DNA of 17,059 bases from an uncultured bacterium (lineage in GTDB: Bacteria > Lernaellota > Lernaellaia > Lernaellales > Lernaellaceae). Below the pieces are notes generated by a model. It was not told the origin of the DNA. It did no database searches and worked only from the letters and a program-made list of their open reading frames with translations. The position numbers were made by a program, and so were the translations under genes. Of this stretch, positions 7,709 through 17,059 are shown piece by piece. Every line of letters starts with the position of its first letter. The first letter of the stretch is position 1. The DNA is taken from assembly GCA_964534375.1 (NCBI GenBank), contig CAZHPN010000034.1, forward strand, positions 1-17,059, read 5' to 3'.

Positions 7709-8131
7709 TCACGCCCTCGGCGGATTCGCCCGACTATCGAGCCACGTCTGCAAAATCAGCACGGCGGCGACCTTGTCGCGCACGTCCCGCCGGCCGGCGC
7801 GGCGCATGTCGGCTTCGAGCAGCGCCGCCTCGGCCATGACGGTCGTCAGCCGCTCGTCGACGTATTCGACCGGCAGGCCGAGCGGTGCGAGCAAATCGCC
7901 GAAGGCGCGCGCGGCCTTGGCCGCGGGGCCTTCCGAGCCGTCCATGTTGAGCGGCAGCCCGACGACGAGCGTGGTCACGTCGCGATCGGCAATGGCGTTG
8001 CGGATGGCGTCGAAGTCGCGCGCGAGCGTCGTGCGTTTGACGACGGTCAACGGTTGCGCCGTCAGGCCGAGCGGGTCGGAAATCGCCATGCCGATCCGCG
8101 CCTGGCCGAAGTCGAAGGCTACCGCGCGCAT
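7709..8131 (-). CDS. ruvX: YqgF/RuvX family pre-16S rRNA nuclease (Holliday junction resolvase-like)
   Basis: AFDFGQARIGMAISDPLGLTAQPL, VVGLPLNMDGSEG, VDERLTT, DKVAAVLILQTWLD; 140 aa. Confidence 0.96.
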   Translation of the reverse strand: MRAVAFDFGQARIGMAISDPLGLTAQPLTVVKRTTLARDFDAIRNAIADRDVTTLVVGLPLNMDGSEGPAAKAARAFGDLLAPLGLPVEYVDERLTTVMAEAALLEADMRRAGRRDVRDKVAAVLILQTWLDSRANPPRA

Positions 8132-8136
8132 GGTAG

Positions 8137-8281
8137 AACTCTAAACACAGAGAACACAGAGAGGCGCAAGGAGGGAAAAAGGAAAAAGGAAAAAGGAAAA
8201 AAATCGAGCCGGCAGCAGGCGCCTTGTTTGTTCCTTGTTCCTTTGTAATGGTTCATTTTCGCACTCTTTGTGTCTAGAATT
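8137..8281. repeat. Composite intergenic repeat / imperfect palindrome
   Basis: AACACAGAG x2 (8144-8161), GGAAAAA x4 (8174-8201), GTTCCTT x2 (8230-8243). The ends 8137-8152 and 8266-8281 are imperfect inverted repeats (13/16 matches as DNA). Confidence 0.75.
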
Positions 8282-8283
8282 CC

Positions 8284-9357
8284 TCAAGAAATTCGCACAT
8301 CCGAGGCGTCGCCGAGCATTAGGCGAATCCCGCGCGGTTTCCGTTCGCTCGGAGCCACGGTCACGTCGCGGCCGATCAGGCTGTCGCAGATGCGGCCCTG
8401 CACGTCGCGCAGGGTGCTGTGTTCGAGAACGATCGAGTGCTCGATCTCGCAATGGCGAATGACGCAGTCGTGGTAAATCGAGGTGAACGGGCCGATGTAG
8501 CTGTTTTCGATGACCGTGTTCTTGCCGATGATCGCCGGCCCGCGCACGGTCGAGTTTTCGATGCGCGCCCCTTCCTGCACGACAACCTTGAATTCGATCG
8601 TCGAATTGCGCGACTCGCCGCGAATGCTGGTTTCGAACGTGTCGAGCACCATGCGGTTGGCCTCGAGCATGTCTTCGAGCCGGCCGGTGTCTTTCCACCA
8701 GCCGGTGACCACGTGGCTGCGCACGTCTTTGCCCGCGTCGACGAGCCACTGGATCGCATCGGTGATTTCCAACTCGCCGCGCGCCGACGGCTGGATCGCG
8801 CGCACCGCGTCCCAGATCGCCCGGTCGAACATGTACACGCCAACCAGCGCCAGGTTGCTCTTCGGCTCGGCCGGTTTTTCTTCGAGCTGGATGACGCGGC
8901 CGTCGCAATTCAGGCAGGCGACGCCGAACGAACTCGGATTCGGCACCTCGGCGAGCATGATCTGCGCGTCGGCCGCGCCGCGGCGGAATTCGTCGACCAG
9001 CTTCTTGATGCCGTGCAGGATCAGGTTGTCGCCGAGGTACATGACGAAGGCGTCGTCGCCGAGAAAAGCCTGCGATTCGCGCACGGCGTGCGCGAGGCCC
9101 AGCGGCGCGCTCTGCCGGATGTACGTCGTCTTGACGCCGAACGCCGAGCCGTCGCCGACCGCGGCCTCGATTTCTTTCGCCGTCTCGCCGACGACGATGC
9201 CGATCTCGTCGATCCCGGCGTCGCGTACGGCCCGGATGCCGTAAAACAGCACGGGCTCGTTGGCGACCGGCACCAATTGCTTGGCGCTGGTGTGCGTGAT
9301 CGGCCGCAACCGCGTCCCCTTGCCGCCGGAGAGAATCAGGCCCTTAAGTTTTCGCAT
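8284..9357 (-). CDS. rfbA: Glucose-1-phosphate thymidylyltransferase, long form (RmlA-long/StrD-like)
   Basis: KGLILSGGKGTRLRPITHTSAKQLVPVAN, YIRQSAPLGLAHAV, YLGDN, EEKP, PSARGELEITDAI, WWKDTG and a C-terminal hexapeptide beta-helix. Start taken at ATG 9357. Confidence 0.95.
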   Translation of the reverse strand: MRKLKGLILSGGKGTRLRPITHTSAKQLVPVANEPVLFYGIRAVRDAGIDEIGIVVGETAKEIEAAVGDGSAFGVKTTYIRQSAPLGLAHAVRESQAFLGDDAFVMYLGDNLILHGIKKLVDEFRRGAADAQIMLAEVPNPSSFGVACLNCDGRVIQLEEKPAEPKSNLALVGVYMFDRAIWDAVRAIQPSARGELEITDAIQWLVDAGKDVRSHVVTGWWKDTGRLEDMLEANRMVLDTFETSIRGESRNSTIEFKVVVQEGARIENSTVRGPAIIGKNTVIENSYIGPFTSIYHDCVIRHCEIEHSIVLEHSTLRDVQGRICDSLIGRDVTVAPSERKPRGIRLMLGDASDVRIS

Positions 9358-9375
9358 CAGAAGCCCCGAGATCAA

Positions 9376-9472
9376 ATTGCGGATTGCGGACAGCACCGCT
9401 CGGCAAGCGGAATGTGGAATGTGGGATGCGGCCCCACAATTTTTCCTTTTTCCTTTTTCCTTTTTCCTTCCT
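9376..9472. repeat. Intergenic heptamer arrays
   Basis: ATTGCGG x2 (9376-9389), GCGGAAT GTGGAAT GTGGGAT GCGG (9407-9431), TTTTTCC x4 (9440-9467). Confidence 0.85.
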
Positions 9473-10146
9473 CACGGCACGTACCGCACCCAGGTGTCGA
9501 TTTTCTCGCGCTGGCGCAACGCGTCCGCCATCGCGCGTGCGCCGGCCTCGGTCGCGTACTGGCCGACGCTGACGCGGTACCAGGTGCCCTTTTCGCCAAG
9601 CTCGGCCGTCTCGACGTGCGGTTGATTGCCGGTTTGATTCAACCGGTCGACCATCGCCTGCGCTTCTTCCTTTGTCGGATACGAGCCGACCTGCACCGTC
9701 CAGTAGTCGCCGCCTTTCGGCGCGGTGGGCAGCGAGCCGATTTCCACTTTCCCGGCGCCGGCGGGGAGCGCCGTGGCGAGGTCCGCCGCGCTGGGCTGGT
9801 CGGACCGGATCGCCGCCGGCGGGGGCGTCGGGCTCGGCATGTACGGCTCGAACGGCGCGGTGACCGGGATGGGCGTCGGCGATTCGTCGTCATGGAGCCA
9901 GGCGTCGACCGTCCGCGGCGTTTCGGGCGGCGCGAGCGGCGTTTTTTCCGGCAGGCGGGCGAGCGGCGCCGCCGGCTCCGCCGCGTGTTTCGCCGCCTGG
10001 TCGAGCTGGCCCATGCCTTTGCCGACGACGACCCCGAGGCTGAAAACGATGATCGCCAGGACCAATTCGGCGAGCAGCAGATAGGCCACGTGCTTGTTGT
10101 CGAACTTGAGCTCGTACTTCGGTCGCAGTTTGCGCAGGTCTCTCAT
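9472..10146 (-). CDS. Membrane-anchored SPOR domain protein (FtsN/DedD-like)
   Basis: ATG 10146 (ATGA overlap with the nitrilase-family stop): short basic N-tail, one TM helix (YLLLAELVLAIIVFSLGVVVG), Pro/Ala-rich linker, C-terminal SPOR domain (WTVQVGSY...A.AMVDRL...WYRVSVGQY). Confidence 0.9.
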   Translation of the reverse strand: MRDLRKLRPKYELKFDNKHVAYLLLAELVLAIIVFSLGVVVGKGMGQLDQAAKHAAEPAAPLARLPEKTPLAPPETPRTVDAWLHDDESPTPIPVTAPFEPYMPSPTPPPAAIRSDQPSAADLATALPAGAGKVEIGSLPTAPKGGDYWTVQVGSYPTKEEAQAMVDRLNQTGNQPHVETAELGEKGTWYRVSVGQYATEAGARAMADALRQREKIDTWVRYVP

Positions 10147-11036
10147 GCGGACGGCGCTCCTTCCGCGTCGGCGGGTTCGCCGGCGGCCGGCGCGCGCGGC
10201 ATCGCCAACGCGCCGTACAACTCGGGCCGGCGCTCCTTGAGCATCGGCCAATCGCGGCGCACCAGCGGCACGGCCCGCCGGTCGATTTCCCACAGCGTCA
10301 CGCCCTCGGCATCGCCGGCCGGCTCGTCGAGCAGATCGCCGGTCGGCGCGGCGCAGAACGAGCCGCCGGCGAAGGCGACGCCGTTCTCGCGGCCGACGCG
10401 GCCGACGCGGCAGATCCACAGGCCGTTGCAGAACGCGCCGGCCAGCACGACGTGCCGCCACAGATCGTCGTTGGCCGCGGTGATCGCCACCGGCGCCGCA
10501 ACAATATCCGCGCCGGCCAGCGCCAACGCCCGCAGGCCCTCGGGAAAGAGGAGGTCCCAGCCGAGTTGGACGCCGATCCGGCCGAAGGGCGTCGCGAACA
10601 CGGCGAAGCCGCGGTCGCCGGGGTTGAAGTAGTGCCGTTCCTCCCAGCCGGGAATCTGCGGCACGTGAATTTTGCGGTAGACGCCGGCGATTTCGCCGTC
10701 GTCGCCGAGCAGTGCGGCGGAGTTGTAATGCGCGCCCGTCGCCTCATCGCGCTCGTAGAACGGCGCGACGATGAACAGCCGGCGCGCCTTGGCCTGCGCC
10801 CGCAACGCCGTCAGCAGCGGCCCGGTCGCCGGCTGCGCCAGTTCGCGCGAGGTTTCGTCGACGGCGGCAATGAACCACGGATACGCCCACATTTCGGGCA
10901 GGATGGCGAGTTTCGCGCCGTTGCGGGCCGCCAGGTCGAGCAGTTCCGCGGCGCGGCGGACGTTGCGGTCGACGTCGGGCGAGCCGGCGAATTGCACGCC
11001 GGCGATTTTCACTTTTTGGGTCAGGGAATTCATCAT
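10143..11036 (-). CDS. Carbon-nitrogen hydrolase (nitrilase superfamily, N-carbamoylputrescine amidase/beta-ureidopropionase-like); catalytic Cys replaced by Gly
   Basis: ILPEMW (Glu), HYNSA, YRKIHVP (Lys), EERHYFNPGD, but GRIGVQLGWDLLFPE at the usual ICWD/ICYD site. Confidence 0.9.
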   Translation of the reverse strand: MMNSLTQKVKIAGVQFAGSPDVDRNVRRAAELLDLAARNGAKLAILPEMWAYPWFIAAVDETSRELAQPATGPLLTALRAQAKARRLFIVAPFYERDEATGAHYNSAALLGDDGEIAGVYRKIHVPQIPGWEERHYFNPGDRGFAVFATPFGRIGVQLGWDLLFPEGLRALALAGADIVAAPVAITAANDDLWRHVVLAGAFCNGLWICRVGRVGRENGVAFAGGSFCAAPTGDLLDEPAGDAEGVTLWEIDRRAVPLVRRDWPMLKERRPELYGALAMPRAPAAGEPADAEGAPSA

Positions 11037-11794
11037 AAGTTTTGGCCGAACCAGGCGATGATTTGGTCGGCCATCTCCGGGAATTGTTCGAACAAGTCCG
11101 TGCCGTGGCCGCCGCCGGTCATCTTGCGGAATTCCGCGCGATCCGGCGCCGAGGCGACCATTTGTTCCACCGAGCGATACGCATATTCGTCGTCGGGCGC
11201 CGCAAAAAACAGCATCCGGCCCGGGAACTTTTTCACCGCCGCCTCGGGCTTCACGCCGTGGTAATCCACGCCGGGCGACAGCAGGGCGATTGCGTTGATC
11301 TGCTGCGCGTGATCGCCGGCGTAGATCGCCGCGACGTTCGCGCCGATGCTCGCACCGAGGATGCCGATGTGCCGGGGGTTCACCTGTTTTTGCGCAATCA
11401 GATAATCGTAGGCGGCCGCGACATCCATCTGCATGCCCTGGAATTGCGGGTCTTTGAAATTTTTCCAGACCAGTTTCTTGTTGTCCGGGCCGTACAGCGA
11501 TTGGCCGTGGCCGCGCATATCGATCGCCAGGCAGGCGATGTTTTTCTCGGCCGCTTTGCGCGCAAAATGCCGCCAGTCGCTGCGATCGCGGTTGAGCATG
11601 TGCAACAGAATGAGGCCTTTCGCGTCCGCGCGGGCCGGCGCGTAATACGAACCGACGAGCTTCACGCCGTCGGCCGTCGTCAGTTTGACGTCCGCCGGAA
11701 ACGCCCCCGGAACCGGCGCCACATCCGCCGCCACCAACGCCGCCAGCGCCAACAGCGCCCCGGCCGCCAGGGCGACGAAAATTATTCGCTTCAT
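11033..11794 (-). CDS. Secreted alpha/beta hydrolase
   Basis: ATG 11794 after GGGGGG; signal peptide MKRIIFVALAAGALLALAALVAA; ILLHM, IDMRGHGQS, GASIG nucleophile elbow, candidate Asp (APDD) and His (GGGHGT). Confidence 0.9.
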   Translation of the reverse strand: MKRIIFVALAAGALLALAALVAADVAPVPGAFPADVKLTTADGVKLVGSYYAPARADAKGLILLHMLNRDRSDWRHFARKAAEKNIACLAIDMRGHGQSLYGPDNKKLVWKNFKDPQFQGMQMDVAAAYDYLIAQKQVNPRHIGILGASIGANVAAIYAGDHAQQINAIALLSPGVDYHGVKPEAAVKKFPGRMLFFAAPDDEYAYRSVEQMVASAPDRAEFRKMTGGGHGTDLFEQFPEMADQIIAWFGQNL

Positions 11795-11873
11795 GACCAA
11801 CCCCCCGGATGATCGGAGAACAATATGCTTATTTACTCGCGTCGCGGCGGATCGGCAAGACGGCGGCGGTGAA

Positions 11874-14429
11874 TCAGTCGTCCCCGTCGTCCTCACCGCT
11901 GTTGTCGGGTTTTTTCTTCGCCTCGCCGGTGGTTTTGAACGCCAGATGATAGGGCTTCGCGCGGATGCGCTGCTCGCTCTGGAAATCGCCGTCATCCACG
12001 GCGTTGAACCAGATCGCGTAAGCCGTTCCGGGTTCGAGCTTGACGCGCCATTCGCAGACGGTCGGCGAAACCCAGCGCGGCGATTCGAGCGACTCGGGCA
12101 ACGCGCCGGCCTCGCTGGCGACGACCGTGTGGCCGGGCGACATCGGCCGGTCGTAGGTGACCGTGATCGTCGCCGGGCCGGGAGGCACTTTTTCGTCGCC
12201 GCGGTTGGGTGACGCGGAAACGACGACCGGCGCGGCGCCCGTCGGAGTTTGCGTCGAAAGCCGCCGCAACGTGGGATCGTCGAGCGCGCCTTTGTCGGCG
12301 GACCACAGGGATTTTACGACCCACTCCATTTGGGCGTCGCGGCCGTCGAAAAGTTCTTGCAGCTTGGGCGAGATCGGCACATCGGGGTGCAGGCCGTCTT
12401 CCGGGTCGGACTCGGGCGCGGGTCGTTTGAGCATCATGTGCGGCAACGACAAACGCATGCCGCGGCAAATCTTGAAGTAGAGAACGGCGCCGTAAAATGA
12501 CGGCATGTTGGGCGTTTTTTCGCCGACAATCGTCCCCAACTTGTTGTCTTTGATCATCGTCGCGAGCCACGTGGCCGCGCTCGCCGTGGAGTGGTCGACA
12601 ATCACGAAAACCTTGCCCGCGAAGGGCTTCAACGCTCGGGCGCTTCCGGGCTTTTTCCACGGCTGGTAATCGGCCAGCGCCAGGTTGCTGTTCGGCGGAA
12701 ATTTAAATTTTTTCAGGTCGTCGTAATCGCCTTCATCGATCGCTTCTTTGCTGAGGCGAAAGCGCATGGTGTAGTCGCGCAGCGTATCCGGGGGCAAGTG
12801 GTCGAGAAATTCGTTCATGATCGCCGTATAGCCGCCGGGATTGCCGCGCAGGTCGATGATCAGGTTGGCCGTGCCGTTCATTTCCATTTGCGAGAACAGC
12901 GACCGGACCGACCCGCGGAAGTTTCGGTCGTAGTGGCAGTGGCGCAAGGCGAAATAGCCGGCGTTGATTTCGGGAATCAGCCGCCATGCCTCGTCTTTGC
13001 GCGGCGCGGCGGCAAAAACCCGCAACTCGCGAAACGGCACAAGACGTTCGCCGACGCCGTTCGCGGTCGCGAATTTGACATGCGCCGCGTCTTGAATTTG
13101 CGGACCGATCAATTCGCGAAGAACCGAACGTTGCACCAGCCACGCAGGTGCGACGCCGAGAAGCGACTCGCGGTTTTCCGACGACGTAAACGCGTCGAGG
13201 CGCTTCAGCAAATCCTCGACCGAAATTCCCTCGATGGCCACGAGCCGGCTTTGCCGCATTTCCGCGAATTCGTCGGTTGCATTGCTGACGCCGATGCCGT
13301 CCGAACCGGCAACGAGCCCCAGCGGCAAATACTGGTCCTTGTAGTGAGCCTGCACATTCGCGTGCAGATCGCGCAACGGCGCGAGCAGTCGGCTGGCCAG
13401 AAAATAAAGGTCGGACAGCGACATGGGCTTGTCGCACTTTTTGAGCGTTTCATCGTACAATTTTTCGAAATCCGCGGCCGAAATCGCGTAAAACGGGTCC
13501 GGGTGCACATCGATCACCAGCCGGTGGATCTTTTCTATTGCCTTCCGAGCCTCGGCCGCGCCGATCGTGTCCCCATGCGACGATTCCGCAGCAACCGCGG
13601 GCGCCTTCACGTCCTGCAAGAAAACGCGCGCCCAGAATTCGTCGGCCCCAGGCGGCGTCTCCAGATCCGCCTCCGGACTCCCCGATTGGTAGCGGTACCA
13701 GGCGTTGACGATTCCGTAGGCCGCCACGGGCTCGTCGTCGCGTTTGGTGAGCGAGTATTTGCAATTGCTGTAAAATTCCTTCGAGAGCATCTCCATTCGT
13801 TTCCACGACGATTCGATGACCTCCACTTGCGACGGCTTTCCCGCCGGGTCCACGGCGACCAACAATGTACAACTGCCGTTCATTTGGTCGCGATTACGTT
13901 GATGGAACCAAATCGGTTCGCCCCGACGCTTCGGGCCGTCGACGATTCGTATTTTGTGCAGGTCGGCGATCGGCGGGCTGGACGCCGCGCCGAGGACCAA
14001 CGTTGCGGCCACGCCTTTAATCAGCGGCCCGCGCAGCGATTCGTCCTTTTCATACGTGTGACCAACGGCGCGACGTTTGGCCCCGGTCGCGATCGTGACC
14101 ATCACCGCGGAATACTCGGTTTTTTTCCTGTTCCAACCCTCGAGCCAGAAGAGCCAATCGGCGTTCACGGCCTTGGCAATCTCGGTCGCCTGCGCGAGGC
14201 TGTTCGCGCCGTCGACGTTCAACTGCGGGTCGGTGATTTTCATTTTCATGGTCGCGTGCGGCAAAATCCGGCAGACGTCGAGATACCGCAAGACGCTTTC
14301 CGCGGCGTCGACGTCCCCAACGGCGTCGGCGTCGTTCGCCGCGGCGAACACCACGCCGACCTTTTCCGCATGCGCCGCGACCGGCGCCGCCAACAAGGCG
14401 ATAAGCAGCAAAAAAGCGAAACGCTTCAT
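11874..14429 (-). CDS. Secreted S41-family peptidase with TonB-C-like and Ig-like (Big_5-type) accessory domains
   Basis: ATG 14429 after GGGAGGG; signal peptide MKRFAFLLLIALLAAPVAAHA; HPDPF, LRDLHANV, LIIDLRGNPGG, VIVDHSTASAA, TIVGEKT, GLHPDV; C-terminal PVVVSASP...ITVTYDRPM...LEPGTAY...FKT. Confidence 0.85.
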   Translation of the reverse strand: MKRFAFLLLIALLAAPVAAHAEKVGVVFAAANDADAVGDVDAAESVLRYLDVCRILPHATMKMKITDPQLNVDGANSLAQATEIAKAVNADWLFWLEGWNRKKTEYSAVMVTIATGAKRRAVGHTYEKDESLRGPLIKGVAATLVLGAASSPPIADLHKIRIVDGPKRRGEPIWFHQRNRDQMNGSCTLLVAVDPAGKPSQVEVIESSWKRMEMLSKEFYSNCKYSLTKRDDEPVAAYGIVNAWYRYQSGSPEADLETPPGADEFWARVFLQDVKAPAVAAESSHGDTIGAAEARKAIEKIHRLVIDVHPDPFYAISAADFEKLYDETLKKCDKPMSLSDLYFLASRLLAPLRDLHANVQAHYKDQYLPLGLVAGSDGIGVSNATDEFAEMRQSRLVAIEGISVEDLLKRLDAFTSSENRESLLGVAPAWLVQRSVLRELIGPQIQDAAHVKFATANGVGERLVPFRELRVFAAAPRKDEAWRLIPEINAGYFALRHCHYDRNFRGSVRSLFSQMEMNGTANLIIDLRGNPGGYTAIMNEFLDHLPPDTLRDYTMRFRLSKEAIDEGDYDDLKKFKFPPNSNLALADYQPWKKPGSARALKPFAGKVFVIVDHSTASAATWLATMIKDNKLGTIVGEKTPNMPSFYGAVLYFKICRGMRLSLPHMMLKRPAPESDPEDGLHPDVPISPKLQELFDGRDAQMEWVVKSLWSADKGALDDPTLRRLSTQTPTGAAPVVVSASPNRGDEKVPPGPATITVTYDRPMSPGHTVVASEAGALPESLESPRWVSPTVCEWRVKLEPGTAYAIWFNAVDDGDFQSEQRIRAKPYHLAFKTTGEAKKKPDNSGEDDGDD

Positions 14430-14530
14430 TTCTTTCCCTCCCACGAAAGGATGTTGGCGCTGCATCGTTGCCACTGGACGAACGGATAATATCACTGCAC
14501 CAGTGAAAAACCTATCCGGGCGGGCTAACG

Positions 14531-14557
14531 AAAAAGGGCGCGGCTTGCCGCGCCCTT
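14531..14557 (-). terminator. Rho-independent terminator of ppdK
   Basis: Minus strand AAGGGCGCGG-CAAG-CCGCGCCCTT, i.e. a GC-rich stem running into TTTTT. Confidence 0.85.
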
Positions 14558-14563
14558 CTTATT

Positions 14564-14612
14564 CTTCCGACTTCCGACGTCTGTCTTCTGGCTTCTGACT
14601 TCTGGCTTCTAT
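14564..14612. repeat. Heptamer tandem array, 7 units (CTTCYGR-like)
   Basis: CTTCCGA CTTCCGA CGTCTGT CTTCTGG CTTCTGA CTTCTGG CTTCTAT, between the ppdK stop and its terminator. Confidence 0.85.
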
Positions 14613-14615
14613 CTC

Positions 14616-17059
<2,444 letters not shown>

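Noticed and set aside
8111..8120. GTCGAAGGCT matches the tRNA-Thr 3' end (possible att duplicate)
   Set aside because: Only 10 bp, inside the conserved AFD codons of intact ruvX, and no integrase is present; likely chance.
8419..10632. 737-aa plus-strand ORF, and similarly 12591-14489, 14623-15660, 7193-8248 and 2707-3513
   Set aside because: Antisense or alternate-frame shadows of well-supported genes, expected at high GC; no recognisable motifs.
9358..14495. ORF-track N-terminal extensions (starts 9396, 10461, 11995, 14495; also 1939 and 3447)
   Set aside because: Downstream starts have SD-like sequences, stop/start overlaps or signal peptides, while the extensions overlap neighbours or run through repeat or spacer sequence.
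7660..14612. Repeat arrays as CRISPR
   Set aside because: Units are 7-9 nt in tandem with no unique spacers, and there are no cas genes.

Overview
GC-rich bacterial window in two halves. The left half (1-7600) looks accessory and holds five radical SAM genes or remnants: a Twitch/SPASM-type enzyme running off the left edge and absent from the ORF track (<1-881, -), two cobalamin-binding enzymes (1870-3369 and 4108-5583, -), a second Twitch/SPASM enzyme (5981-7081, +) and an internally deleted cobalamin-type remnant (7148-7600, -). It also holds a DUF362 gene, a solitary tRNA-Thr(GGT) with promoter and terminator, an ISAs1-like transposase relic and a Cys-rich short ORF. The right half (7709-17059, all minus strand) is more housekeeping-like: ppdK (5' end outside the window), a secreted S41 peptidase with extra domains, a secreted alpha/beta hydrolase, a nitrilase-family protein whose catalytic Cys reads as Gly, a SPOR protein, long-form glucose-1-phosphate thymidylyltransferase and ruvX. 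Four spacers in the right half carry 7-nt tandem arrays with consistent strand polarity, including a 33-bp inverted pair bracketing rfbA. All calls come from reading motifs by eye; no database searches were run.
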